Below, in pieces: positions 9,305-18,830 of a DNA stretch of 56,830 bases. A program made the position numbers and the translations under genes. The notes under the pieces were generated by a model. That model made no database searches, was not told the origin of the DNA, and was given only the letters and a program-made list of their open reading frames with translations. Location: positions 1 through 56,830 of the forward strand of contig JAQBGU010000076.1 in NCBI GenBank assembly GCA_032128375.1. The letters are read 5' to 3'. Numbering within the stretch: position 1 is the first letter of the stretch; each line of letters starts with the position of its first letter. The DNA comes from Deltaproteobacteria bacterium. GTDB lineage: Bacteria > Myxococcota_A > UBA9160 > SMWR01.

Positions 9305-10285
9305 CTACTCGGGCGCCAGGTCCTGATTTCCTTGGGCCTCGAACTCGTGGCATGCCTTCGCCAAGCCATGCGTCAGTGGATGGTGCTGGGCGCAGTAGCT
9401 CGTCAGTTCCGGTAGCGAAGCGCCACCAGTCAGCGCTGCGACGCGACGCAGGAACACCCCGACTTCCTGGAGGGTGAACAATGCGTCGTTCCAAGCCATC
9501 GCGACGAGTTCCAAGTGATCCAGAAGCCGGTTCAGCGCGCGCAGTAGCCGGGCCTCCTCATCGTTCAACTCGGCCATCCCCGATTTCCTGAGCATGTTCC
9601 TCAAGTGAGCCTGTCGACTCGGGCGCTCCAAAATATCGAGGAGTTGGGCCAACTCGCGATCCTCGAGGAGCCGCTGCGATAGCGCGAACAGGAAGCTGAT
9701 GTGCGTCCAACGTTCCTCCTTCTCCTGTGCGCGCAGCTGCCTTTCGCGCAACTGTGCTTCGAGCTTTCGAGTCTCCAATTCGATGTATTGGTTACTGAGT
9801 TCCTTCTCGTGCGCACGCTGCTGCCGTTCGGCTAACTGTGCTTCGACTTTTCGAGTCTCCGGTTCGATGTATCGGTTGCTGCGTTTCTTCTCGCCCCGAG
9901 CGAAGTAGCGACGAAACGCAATCCACACGCCTAGCGCAACGCCGATAAACGCCAAAATCTCGAAAATGTTGCTCCCGGTGATACCCAGGGGGTGCAGCCA
10001 GGATGGCGAGCGCGTCTCGCTCGCTGTGATCTCCAAAGCGTCGACTCGTTGGTGAACAGCGCCGATCCGCTCAGCCTGCCTGGCTTCAGCATTCAGCACC
10101 CTGTTCTCGATCGCCGAGCGAGCCGATCCGATGTCGGCTCGCACTTCGCGAATCCATTGATAGATCTGGCTCTCTTCGCCGGGTGCAGGGTTTTCGGCAC
10201 CCGACGCGAAACCGGCGGCGAGCAGCGCGAACGCACACGAGCCCGCAGCGCCGCGAATCACTCCAGCCATCGAACACACCATCAC
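9305..10285 (-). CDS. Membrane-anchored coiled-coil hypothetical protein (C-terminus DUF4760-like)
   Basis: Signal-like N-terminus, TM IFEILAFIGVALGVWIAF, duplicated coiled-coil segment, C-terminal LNRLLDHLELVAMAW. Confidence 0.65.
   Translation of the reverse strand: MMVCSMAGVIRGAAGSCAFALLAAGFASGAENPAPGEESQIYQWIREVRADIGSARSAIENRVLNAEARQAERIGAVHQRVDALEITASETRSPSWLHPLGITGSNIFEILAFIGVALGVWIAFRRYFARGEKKRSNRYIEPETRKVEAQLAERQQRAHEKELSNQYIELETRKLEAQLRERQLRAQEKEERWTHISFLFALSQRLLEDRELAQLLDILERPSRQAHLRNMLRKSGMAELNDEEARLLRALNRLLDHLELVAMAWNDALFTLQEVGVFLRRVAALTGGASLPELTSYCAQHHPLTHGLAKACHEFEAQGNQDLAPE
9717..9884. repeat. 2 x 84-bp (28-aa) tandem duplication
   Basis: AACTGTGCTTCGA at 9750 and 9834; SNRYIEPETRKVEAQLAERQQRAHEKE / SNQYIELETRKLEAQLRERQLRAQEKE. 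Confidence 0.85.
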
Positions 10286-10576
10286 ACGATACCCCGAATG
10301 CGATCCGCTCGAATGAGTTCGCGCGGAAGTCTAGGCGACGCTTCGGCAGATGCGGTGACGGGACAGTCCAGGTTCGTGGGCGGCTCTTCTCCGCTTCAGC
10401 GAATCGGTCCGGTCTGACGGATAGAAGGATATATATAGAAGGAGGCCGCTCGGTGCGGCGGCAAATACAACCGGGGTTCCAGTTGGGTCGGCCGCCGATA
10501 CTGCGTGGTATCGCCCAGCAGTGGGGTAAAACCCCCGGCTCTCACCTCCCATTCGTCACTAGCGGAACTTGGAGAG

Positions 10577-10593
10577 TTGGCACCGACATTGCT
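10577..10593 (+). promoter_or_regulatory. Sigma-54 (-24/-12) promoter
   Basis: TTGGCACCGACATTGCT matches the TGGCAC-N5-TTGCW consensus, in a long intergenic region. Confidence 0.75.
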
Positions 10594-10633
10594 TCTTTCT
10601 CGTGGCAACAGAGCGAGGAGAGTTCCCACGTCA

Positions 10634-10876
10634 ATGTTCACTACAAATCCCGGGTTCGACTGGATAGACCCCAAGAACTCCACGTTGTCGCTCTGGAATC
10701 AAACGCGCACCCGATGCGCAAGCGACTTTAGAGATCCCTGGCGTCTACCAGGAATCTCGGGTCGAGCACCTTTCATACGACCCACCACCCTCGAAATGAT
10801 AGAGTTATATTACCTACGGGGGATTGCCACTACGGTCCGGATGGTGAAATATTACACTCGGGAGACAACCCATTGA
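10634..10876 (+). CDS. Putative small ORF (80 aa) or gene remnant downstream of the sigma-54 promoter
   Basis: GAGGAGAG upstream of ATG 10634 (MFTTNPGFDWIDPK..); no recognisable domain. Confidence 0.3.
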   Translation: MFTTNPGFDWIDPKNSTLSLWNQTRTRCASDFRDPWRLPGISGRAPFIRPTTLEMIELYYLRGIATTVRMVKYYTRETTH

Positions 10877-11048
10877 TGCTCAGCTGCACATCCCGCTCCG
10901 GCCTCACCGGTTTCCGTACCGGCTGCCGCGTTCCGAGCGTGTGGGCTGTCGCTTTTTCCTGTAGGAGGAAAGTTCGCCCGAGCCCGATTTGCCGCAACAC
11001 CTGAAGTTTACCGCGTATTTGCACCTCGACTGCGCTGGAGTTGTACTG

Positions 11049-14000
11049 ATGTCTCTGAGCACCCGCCGATCCCTCGCCGCCTTGACGATCGTCTTCTCGT
11101 TGGTGTACCCGGCACAAAGTAACGCACAGCCCGTTGACTCGAACGCGGAGGCGCCCCAAATCGGTGGTAGCTTGATCGCGCTCTATACCTTCGACGAGGG
11201 CAGTGGCGACATCGTCCATGACACCTCGGACAACGGAGAGCCGCTCGATCTGACCATCGCAGACACCGCCTCCGTCCTCTGGCTGGACGGGAGCCTCGAG
11301 GTGACGGGTTCTGCGGTCATCACGTCGTTGGTCGCGGCGAGCAAGGTGATCGACGCGGTCCGGGCAACCCAGGAGGTCACCCTGGAAGCCTGGGTGACGC
11401 CGACCTACGCGCCCCAGTTTGGCCCCGCGCGCATCGTCGCGCTCTCCGAGAACGGGTACCCCGACGGCGCAAACTTCATGCTCGGTCAGGCAGACCGTTA
11501 CACGATGCGGTTCCGCACCACGAGAACGAACCAGTACGGTAACAACCCCAATCTCAAGGGGACCAAGCCCCTGGTGATTGCACCCACACACCTGATCTTC
11601 ACTCGCAACGTGTCTGGTGCGACAAGCCTGTACGTCGACGGAGTTCTCGTCGACACCGGCAACCCCGGCGCGAGCCTCGACAGCTGGAACGAAAATTACC
11701 GGTTGACGCTCGCCAATGAGCCCACCGGCGACCGGGCATGGATCGGGACCCTCCACTTCGTTGCGATCTACGATTTCGCCCTGAGTCCCATGGAGGTGAC
11801 ACAGAACTTCGACGCAAGCTCCGCCGCCGGAGTCGCACCACGCTGCTCGTCAGATTCGGATTGTGACGACACTCTATTCTGTAATGGCTCCGAGATCTGT
11901 GACGGGGCGACTGGCCGGTGCGCGCGTGGTGAGGCCGCATGTGTCGATGCGGCCCGGTGCAGCGAGGCCGGCGACGTGTGTCTCGCCTGCCTCACCGATG
12001 CCGAGTGCAACGATGGCCTCTTCTGCAATGGCACCGAGACCTGCGACTCGGGTACCGGCCAGTGCGTCCGCGGCGCGCTGGCCTGCGGCGACGCAGCCCA
12101 CTGTGACGAGACCGGCGACGCCTGCCTCGACTGTATCGGCGACCCGGAATGTGACGACGGGAGCTTCTGTAATGGGCTGGAGCAGTGTGTCGCCGGTGGG
12201 TGCACTGCCGGCGAGATTGCCTGCAATGACACCGCCCATTGCGACGAGGGCAGCGGCATCTGCCTCCAATGTGTCAACGACGCCGAGTGCAACGACAACC
12301 TGAGCTGCACCTCAGACAGCTGCGTCCTGGGCGTCTGCGACAGCGCGAGCAGCTGCACATCCAATGAGAGCTGCGACATAGCACAGGACCAATGCGTGCC
12401 GCCCGATCCGCGCATCAGCGACGGCCTCATCGTGCTCTATACGTTCGACGAAGGTTCCGGCGAAATCGTCCGAGACAACTCGGGTACCGGTACACCGCTC
12501 GACCTCACCATCGCCGATGCAGCCGCTGTGAAATGGCTGGGCGGCAGCCTCGAGCTGGCGTCCCCCGCAGTGATCAGTTCTTCTGGTCCAGCGGAAAAGG
12601 TGACCCAGTCGGTCCTGAGTACCGGCGAGGTCACGGTGGAAGCGTGGTCTACAGCGAGCAGCGTCACGCAAGACGGTCCCGCTCGCATCGTTGCACTCTC
12701 CGAGAATCCGTTTCCCGACGGAGCGAATTTCATGCTCGGTCAGAATGCCAAGTCGTACACGATGCGTTTTCGCACGACGAACTCCAACCAGTACGGCAGC
12801 GAGCCCTCACTCGATGGGCCCGAAAACATCGAGCACTCCCTTTCGCACGTCGTCTTCACGCGCGATGATTCGGGGCAAACCAAGCTCTATGTCAACGGCA
12901 TTCTCGAGGAGACCGGCAACCCAGGTACGAGCCTCGCCAGCTGGGACACCAACCATATACTCTCACTGGGCAACGAGAATACGGGGGACCGACCCTGGCT
13001 CGGAACCCTGCACCTCGTTGCGATCTACGACCGCGACCTCGCCCCAGCCGAGGTGGCGCAGAACTACGCGGCCGGAGCCAGCGCTGAAGACGTGCTGGCC
13101 TGTTTGCTCGACGCCGACTGCGACGACGGAAAATTCTGCACCGGCACCGAGACCTGTAACTTCGAAACCGGCCAGTGCGTGGCAGGCGCGGCGGCCTGTG
13201 CCGACTCCGACCACTGCGACGAGGCCGTCGATATCTGCCTCATGTGCATCGCGGATACCGATTGCGATGACACCCTCTCCTGTACGGTCGACTCCTGTGT
13301 GGCGAACGTCTGCGAGAGTTCCAGCAGCTGCGACACAGGAGAAATCTGCGATAGCGACATCAACCTGTGCGCACCCGCAGCCGCTTCCGTTCCGCTTGCG
13401 CCGAGCGGTATCACGGCCTCCGCGGTCGCGCGCAACCGGATCGACGTATCCTGGGATGCCGATCCGAACGGCGTCGAGCGCTTCGAGCTGGTGCGAGCGG
13501 AGTCCCAGTTCTCGACCGGCGCTCAGGAGCTCGGGCAGTTCCAACCGCTCCTCGCAAACATAGCGCCCGATGGCACCAGCGTTACCGACGGTTCGGTCGC
13601 GGGCGGGACCGCGTACTGCTATCGGGTCCGGGCGGTGAGCGCGGTCGGTGCGTCCGCCTTCAGCGAGATGGCCTGTGACCGAACGCCGGAATGCAGCTTG
13701 GACTCCGAGTGCGACGACAACGACTTCTGTAATGGGGCGGAGACCTGCAACCTCGACATCGGCCTGTGCACACCTGGCTCTGCGAGCTGCGTCGACCCCG
13801 ACCACTGCGACGAGGACGCCGACGCATGTCTCACTTGCATCGCGAACATCGAGTGTGACGACGGAGACTTCTGCAACGGCAATGAGACCTGCAACACCGG
13901 TACCCATCAATGCGATGCGGGAACCAGCAGCTGCGTCGACGCCGAACATTGCGACGAGGCCGTCGATTTCTGCCTCGGGTGTATCGACGACGCCGAGTGC

Positions 14001-16190
14001 GACGACGCAGCGTTCTGTAACGGAGCCGAGATATGCGACCCGGCCAGCAGCCAGTGTCGGTCAGACGGCGCTTCCTGCAGCGACGCCGCCCACTGCGACG
14101 AGACCCGAGACATCTGCCTCGGCTGCACCTCGGACGGCGAATGTAGCGATGGAACCTTCTGCAACGGCCCGGAGATCTGCGACGCCGAGACGGCTGTGTG
14201 CCAGCCGGGCCCAGCGGCCTGCTCCGACGAGGCGCATTGCGACGAAGCGGGAGACGCCTGCCTGCAGTGTATCACCGACGCGGAGTGCGACGACGGCGCC
14301 TTCTGCAACGGCACGGAAGCCTGTAGCGTCGAGACGAGCCAGTGCGTCGGCGGCCCAGCGGCTTGCATCGACGCGGCCCACTGTGACGGAGCCGCCGGAA
14401 CCTGTCTCGCATGCGTCGAAGACGCCGAGTGTGACGACGGCATGACGTGCACGGTCGACACCTGTGTGGCGAACGCCTGCGAGAATGCCAGCAGCTGCGG
14501 CGCTGGAGAAGCCTGCAGTGCCGAACTCGATCTGTGCGCCGCCATCCCACCCACCTCACCCCCGCTCGTGCCGAGCGGCCTCACAGCCTCTGCGGTCGCG
14601 CGCAACCAGATCGATCTGTCCTGGGCCCCAGACTCCACCGATGTGGATCGTTTCGAGTTGGAGCGAGCTGTTGTGCAGATTTCACCGATTCCGTTCCTCA
14701 ACCCGGAGGTACTCGGGCCATTCGAACTGCTCGCGGCAGACATCCCAGAAGACGTCACCGTCTTCCGCGACAACTCCGTCGAGGGCGGGACCGGCTACTG
14801 CTATCGGGTCAGAGCCGTGAACGCGATGGGCCCATCGGCCTTCAGCGAGATGGCTTGTGACCGAACGCCGGAATGTACGCTCGACTCCGAATGCAACGAC
14901 GCCAACTTCTGCAACGGGGTGGAGACATGCAACACCGTCATCGGCTTGTGTGCACAGGGCGCAATTGTCTGTGAGGACCGGGACCACTGTGACGAGGACG
15001 CTGACGAATGTCTCGGTTGCATTGCAGACGCCGAATGCGATGACGGAAATTTCTGTAACGGCGCGGAGATCTGTGACGCCGCGACCGCCGTGTGCGGGCC
15101 CGGAACGACCACTTGCAGCGACGAGGAGCACTGCAACGATGAGATCGACGTCTGTCTCGGATGCATTTTCGACGACGAGTGCAGCGACGGCCTTTTCTGC
15201 AACGGGGAAGAATTCTGCGACCCGGTCAGCAGTCAGTGCTGGTCGGGCGAAAGCTCCTGCATCGATGCGGCCCACTGCGATGAAACCGCTGACGTCTGTC
15301 TCGGATGTACCGACGATACCGAATGCAGTGACGGGACCTTCTGCAACGGTGAGGAGATCTGCAACCTCGATACCGGTGACTGCCAGCCGGGCCCGGCGAG
15401 TTGTTCGGACCCCGGGCACTGCGACGAGAGTAACGACATTTGCGTGGAGTGCATCTCTGACGGCGAATGCGACAACCGGACTTTCTGCGACGGAATCGAG
15501 GCGTGTGCAGCCGGGGTCTGCGTCGCCGGTCCCAGCGCGTGCGCCGACTCGAACTACTGCGACGAGGCGGCCGGTTGCCTCGAATGCCTGAGCGATGACG
15601 AGTGCGACGACGGGGCGAGTTGCAGCGACGACACCTGCATGGCCGGCCTCTGCGAGCACGCGAGCACGTGCGGACCGGGCTTCGAATGCGATGTCGACCT
15701 CGAGTGCGTCGAAGTCGTACCGTTGCTGCCGCCGCCTGCCCCGAGTGGTGTGATCGTGACCGCCGAAGCACCGGACCGAATCGGCGTGCAATGGAGCTAT
15801 GACTCGGATATCGAGGCCACATTCGAGTTGCAGCGCGCTCAGGTCTTCATCTTTCCGATCGCCTTCCTGAACCCCTATGTTCTGGGCCCGTTCGAAACGC
15901 TCGTGGTCGGCATTGGCGCGGACACGCGGAGCTTCAGCGACGCAACGGTCATCCCCGAGACCGGCTTCTGCTACCGGGTTCGGGCAGTCAACGCGACGGC
16001 CGCGTCGGAATACAGTTTCTGGGATTGCGACACCACGCCGGTCGTTTCGGCAAGTGTGTCGAACCTATTGGCTCCCGCGAGGCTGGCGAGAACCGCCAGC
16101 TCACTTCATGAGTCGGCGATCGCTTCCGAGCGCCGTGCGTGGAGGGCGCTCGACCCGTATCTGGCGCCGCGAATGCGGGTCGGTGCATGA
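11049..16190 (+). CDS. Giant secreted protein: 2 LamG-like jellyroll domains, Cys-rich repeats, 3 FN3 domains
   Basis: GGAG + ATG 11049 and signal peptide; LamG-like LYTFDEGSG..LYV[DN]G..W[IL]GTLH.VAIYD x2; 14 FC[NTD]G-E-C repeats; FN3 YCYRVRAV-type motif x3. Confidence 0.9.
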   Translation: MSLSTRRSLAALTIVFSLVYPAQSNAQPVDSNAEAPQIGGSLIALYTFDEGSGDIVHDTSDNGEPLDLTIADTASVLWLDGSLEVTGSAVITSLVAASKVIDAVRATQEVTLEAWVTPTYAPQFGPARIVALSENGYPDGANFMLGQADRYTMRFRTTRTNQYGNNPNLKGTKPLVIAPTHLIFTRNVSGATSLYVDGVLVDTGNPGASLDSWNENYRLTLANEPTGDRAWIGTLHFVAIYDFALSPMEVTQNFDASSAAGVAPRCSSDSDCDDTLFCNGSEICDGATGRCARGEAACVDAARCSEAGDVCLACLTDAECNDGLFCNGTETCDSGTGQCVRGALACGDAAHCDETGDACLDCIGDPECDDGSFCNGLEQCVAGGCTAGEIACNDTAHCDEGSGICLQCVNDAECNDNLSCTSDSCVLGVCDSASSCTSNESCDIAQDQCVPPDPRISDGLIVLYTFDEGSGEIVRDNSGTGTPLDLTIADAAAVKWLGGSLELASPAVISSSGPAEKVTQSVLSTGEVTVEAWSTASSVTQDGPARIVALSENPFPDGANFMLGQNAKSYTMRFRTTNSNQYGSEPSLDGPENIEHSLSHVVFTRDDSGQTKLYVNGILEETGNPGTSLASWDTNHILSLGNENTGDRPWLGTLHLVAIYDRDLAPAEVAQNYAAGASAEDVLACLLDADCDDGKFCTGTETCNFETGQCVAGAAACADSDHCDEAVDICLMCIADTDCDDTLSCTVDSCVANVCESSSSCDTGEICDSDINLCAPAAASVPLAPSGITASAVARNRIDVSWDADPNGVERFELVRAESQFSTGAQELGQFQPLLANIAPDGTSVTDGSVAGGTAYCYRVRAVSAVGASAFSEMACDRTPECSLDSECDDNDFCNGAETCNLDIGLCTPGSASCVDPDHCDEDADACLTCIANIECDDGDFCNGNETCNTGTHQCDAGTSSCVDAEHCDEAVDFCLGCIDDAECDDAAFCNGAEICDPASSQCRSDGASCSDAAHCDETRDICLGCTSDGECSDGTFCNGPEICDAETAVCQPGPAACSDEAHCDEAGDACLQCITDAECDDGAFCNGTEACSVETSQCVGGPAACIDAAHCDGAAGTCLACVEDAECDDGMTCTVDTCVANACENASSCGAGEACSAELDLCAAIPPTSPPLVPSGLTASAVARNQIDLSWAPDSTDVDRFELERAVVQISPIPFLNPEVLGPFELLAADIPEDVTVFRDNSVEGGTGYCYRVRAVNAMGPSAFSEMACDRTPECTLDSECNDANFCNGVETCNTVIGLCAQGAIVCEDRDHCDEDADECLGCIADAECDDGNFCNGAEICDAATAVCGPGTTTCSDEEHCNDEIDVCLGCIFDDECSDGLFCNGEEFCDPVSSQCWSGESSCIDAAHCDETADVCLGCTDDTECSDGTFCNGEEICNLDTGDCQPGPASCSDPGHCDESNDICVECISDGECDNRTFCDGIEACAAGVCVAGPSACADSNYCDEAAGCLECLSDDECDDGASCSDDTCMAGLCEHASTCGPGFECDVDLECVEVVPLLPPPAPSGVIVTAEAPDRIGVQWSYDSDIEATFELQRAQVFIFPIAFLNPYVLGPFETLVVGIGADTRSFSDATVIPETGFCYRVRAVNATAASEYSFWDCDTTPVVSASVSNLLAPARLARTASSLHESAIASERRAWRALDPYLAPRMRVGA

Positions 16191-16221
16191 CCGCCGCCAG
16201 GCAGACGACCGGTCATCAACC

Positions 16222-17190
16222 CTAGTTGCACGAACCGGTGCGAACCGCGCGAACGCGGTTGTCGAATTCCTGGAAGAGGTTGAATACATTGCCGTCGCTG
16301 AAGGCGGCGTACCACGCGTTGAACGAGTTGGATGCGAGCACTGTCGCCGACCAGTAGGATGACGACGCTGTGGGCCCACCGAGGGCGGCAAAGTCCGGGT
16401 CGATGCAAGGCGCGGACGTGCAATTTGCCGCTTGGCCGGGAGCCGAATCCGGGCCAATCATGATCGTCTGCAGCTCCGAAATCGCCGGCAGCTCCCAGTC
16501 GCAGTGGTCCGCGAAGCAACCTGTCGCGGCTGCTGGTGCGAAAACGCCGTTGACGCGAGCCAGGAAGTCCGTGAAGGCGGCGCCGTCGGGGGTCGCGCCC
16601 ATCAGCGTCCACGGATAGACGTTGTTCACGTTGTGGGGGTCAGGGCACGCCACCATGTCGCACGTCACCGGGCTCGACAGCACCCCCGTCTTCTTCTCCC
16701 ACTGCAAGCCCGTCAGGTGGTCCGCGATTGTCCCGTCTTCGCAGTCCTCGAAGCGCGGCGCGTTCGGATCCGGCACGATCTCGTTCGCCTGCTGCGCGAT
16801 CAACGCCCATGGCACCGAGCCGATGATGTGGCGCGGCGTCAGCACCTCGCTATCGACCACCACTTCGATCCAGCGGTCCTCCTGCGCGAAGAGTGCAGCA
16901 TCGAATGGGCCCGACGGACTCGTGCCCAGCCCGAGCTGCACCGAGAAGCCCCCGGTGGCGCCGAGCTCCACGCCTGGGTGTTGCTCGCTGTAGAGTTCGG
17001 TGGGCCCTGTTGCCGCGTCGAAGATCCGCAGCTCCAGATTCACGGGACCGGCGAGCGGCCCCCCGGAGGCGTCTACGAGCTGGCCGGTGTAGGTCATGTC
17101 CTGGGGCACCTGCGCGAGGGCGGGTGACGACAAGAGCACCAGCATCGGGATCCAGATCCAGGGCGCGCGCGATCGCAACTGTTGCTTCAT
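16222..17190 (-). CDS. Exported DUF1566 (Lcl C-terminal-like) protein with fibre-type N-terminal domain
   Basis: AAGGA + ATG 17190; signal ..SSPALAQ; MTYTGQLVDASG..PWALIAQQA; DGTIADHLTGLQWEK, WELPAISEL, YWSAT, VRAVR. Confidence 0.85.
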   Translation of the reverse strand: MKQQLRSRAPWIWIPMLVLLSSPALAQVPQDMTYTGQLVDASGGPLAGPVNLELRIFDAATGPTELYSEQHPGVELGATGGFSVQLGLGTSPSGPFDAALFAQEDRWIEVVVDSEVLTPRHIIGSVPWALIAQQANEIVPDPNAPRFEDCEDGTIADHLTGLQWEKKTGVLSSPVTCDMVACPDPHNVNNVYPWTLMGATPDGAAFTDFLARVNGVFAPAAATGCFADHCDWELPAISELQTIMIGPDSAPGQAANCTSAPCIDPDFAALGGPTASSSYWSATVLASNSFNAWYAAFSDGNVFNLFQEFDNRVRAVRTGSCN

Positions 17191-17540
17191 GATGTCATCC
17201 TTGTTCTTTTCGTGGCGCAATGGGTGGGCAGCGTTGTCCGAAGTCTTGTTTGGGAAACACCAGCGCGTCGGCGGCGGCGCCCAGCCAGGAGCAGCAGCAA
17301 TCCGATTCCCGAACCGAGATGCGAAATAGCGCCGCCCGGCTCGGGAACGACGATGGGTGCGAGCCGACCCAGTCGAGGGTCTTCGAGCCTCACACTGCCC
17401 GTAGCGTTCTGAAGGACGCTCGAACCGCCGGCTACCAACTCGGCGCCGCGCAGCTCGACCGCCCAGGCGGTTGCCGGGACGAGTGTCGCCAGCAGACCCA
17501 CCTGAGCCAGGATCTTTGTCAACCCGTAGAGCGATCGCAT
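17187..17540 (-). CDS. Mini PEP-CTERM protein
   Basis: Signal peptide ..PATAWA, short mature region, VPEPGG + hydrophobic segment + RRRRR; ATGA overlap with the DUF1566 gene. Confidence 0.75.
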   Translation of the reverse strand: MRSLYGLTKILAQVGLLATLVPATAWAVELRGAELVAGGSSVLQNATGSVRLEDPRLGRLAPIVVPEPGGAISHLGSGIGLLLLLAGRRRRRAGVSQTRLRTTLPTHCATKRTRMTS

Positions 17541-17568
17541 CAGCTCATCCCTGAACGCTGCATTTCGT

Positions 17569-18555
17569 TCACCAAAAGTGACCCTGTCTCGCCGGCTCGA
17601 GGTGACGCGACGAAACTGGATTCGATCTGGGATCGGCGGCAATCCGACTCGGTGCAGCCTCGAGTGTCCCCAACACCTCCAACGCCACATGCTCCAGCTG
17701 GCGACGGACGACGGATCCCGCAGCGCAGTGGAGTACCGACTCCACACGGCCATCTGGATTGGAAGAAAGCGACTCGACCTTGGGGCTCCCGGAGATGAAC
17801 GATTCGAGTAGCGGGTAGCCGAGTTCTCGGATTTCCGTCAGCAGCAGCGCCAGCAGGTCCGGCTGGTCGGCCGATTGAAACTTGATGCGTTGATCAAGCA
17901 TCGACAGAATGATTCGAGCGCGGTCGCGTGGAAACGACAACTCGTCCAACAGGCTGAAGACCTTCTTCGCCTCCTGCAGCGAGGTATCGTTCTTCACCGG
18001 CACCAGGACCAGGTCGCTGGCTGCCAGAGCGCTGCGCGTCAGGATCTCGAGATCGCTCTTGGTATCCACGATCACGAGCCCCTTCCACTCCGTGCGCTGC
18101 AGCGCTCGAATCAGGCACAGCGGGTCGCGCAGCTCGCGCTTCAGGTCCGATATGTTCGGCGCCGAAGGCACGTAGTGCACGCCATACTGACCCAATCGGA
18201 TCGCGTCCTCGAAGGTTCCCGCCCGCATACCGGTGACGACGGTGTGCTCGGGCGGACGCTTTCCCAGTGCGAACATGCGGTCGAGCAGCGACTGGTCGTC
18301 GAACCCCAGCAGCAGGACCGGCAGGTCTTCACGCATCGCCCGGAAGTACACCGCCAGATTCGAAGATATGGTGGTCTTGCCAACACCGCCCTTGTTGCTC
18401 GCAACCGTAAGCACCTTGAAGGATCGATTGCGAACGCGGCTCATCTGGATCGCGCGCGACACGCGCGATCGTCTCGAACGCATGGGCGTTTGGTTGCTGT
18501 CACAGTCCAGCGGCTCCTGGGAGACATCCCTGCACGTGTCAAAAAAGTCGGTCAC
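17569..18555 (-). CDS. ParA/MinD-family ATPase, paralog of the N-terminal domain of 5862..8273
   Basis: AAGGAG RBS; SNKGGVGKTT; shares RAMRED.PVLLL.FDDQ, AIRLGQYGVHYVP and DTKSDLEILT with the fusion protein. Confidence 0.88.
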   Translation of the reverse strand: MTDFFDTCRDVSQEPLDCDSNQTPMRSRRSRVSRAIQMSRVRNRSFKVLTVASNKGGVGKTTISSNLAVYFRAMREDLPVLLLGFDDQSLLDRMFALGKRPPEHTVVTGMRAGTFEDAIRLGQYGVHYVPSAPNISDLKRELRDPLCLIRALQRTEWKGLVIVDTKSDLEILTRSALAASDLVLVPVKNDTSLQEAKKVFSLLDELSFPRDRARIILSMLDQRIKFQSADQPDLLALLLTEIRELGYPLLESFISGSPKVESLSSNPDGRVESVLHCAAGSVVRRQLEHVALEVLGTLEAAPSRIAADPRSNPVSSRHLEPARQGHFW

Positions 18556-18830
18556 GATTCCAGCTCCTTCAAACCAGTCGCTAGAGAGCGAGGTTCAGGT
18601 ATTGAGTCATCGAAAGGACTGGAAGGTGACGAACTCCCGTTGCGCCTATCGCGCATCCGGGCGCATCCGGGCGGCAGGCTCCGCCCGCAAGTGCCGAGCT
18701 ATTGATGGAATTCTTTTTTTGCGTCGAGGAACGCCGAGGCGATCTGATTCGAGCCTTCAGCGGCTCGACGCAGGGCCGCTGAGCGGATCTCGAAAGGGCG
18801 TACTGGGATGGTTCGCCGTGCGCCCGCTGC

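Noticed and set aside
16222..16360. DUF1566 C-terminus as a DGR variable region
   Set aside because: No template repeat or reverse transcriptase in the window; a remote DGR cannot be excluded.
17559..17574. Sigma-54-like TGGTGAACGAAATGCA before the mini PEP-CTERM gene
   Set aside because: Weak match, overlaps the ParA stop and is too close to the start codon.
5862..18555. Plasmid or prophage partition system suggested by two ParAs
   Set aside because: No parB, parS, rep, integrase or phage structural genes recognised; housekeeping genes in the same window indicate chromosome.
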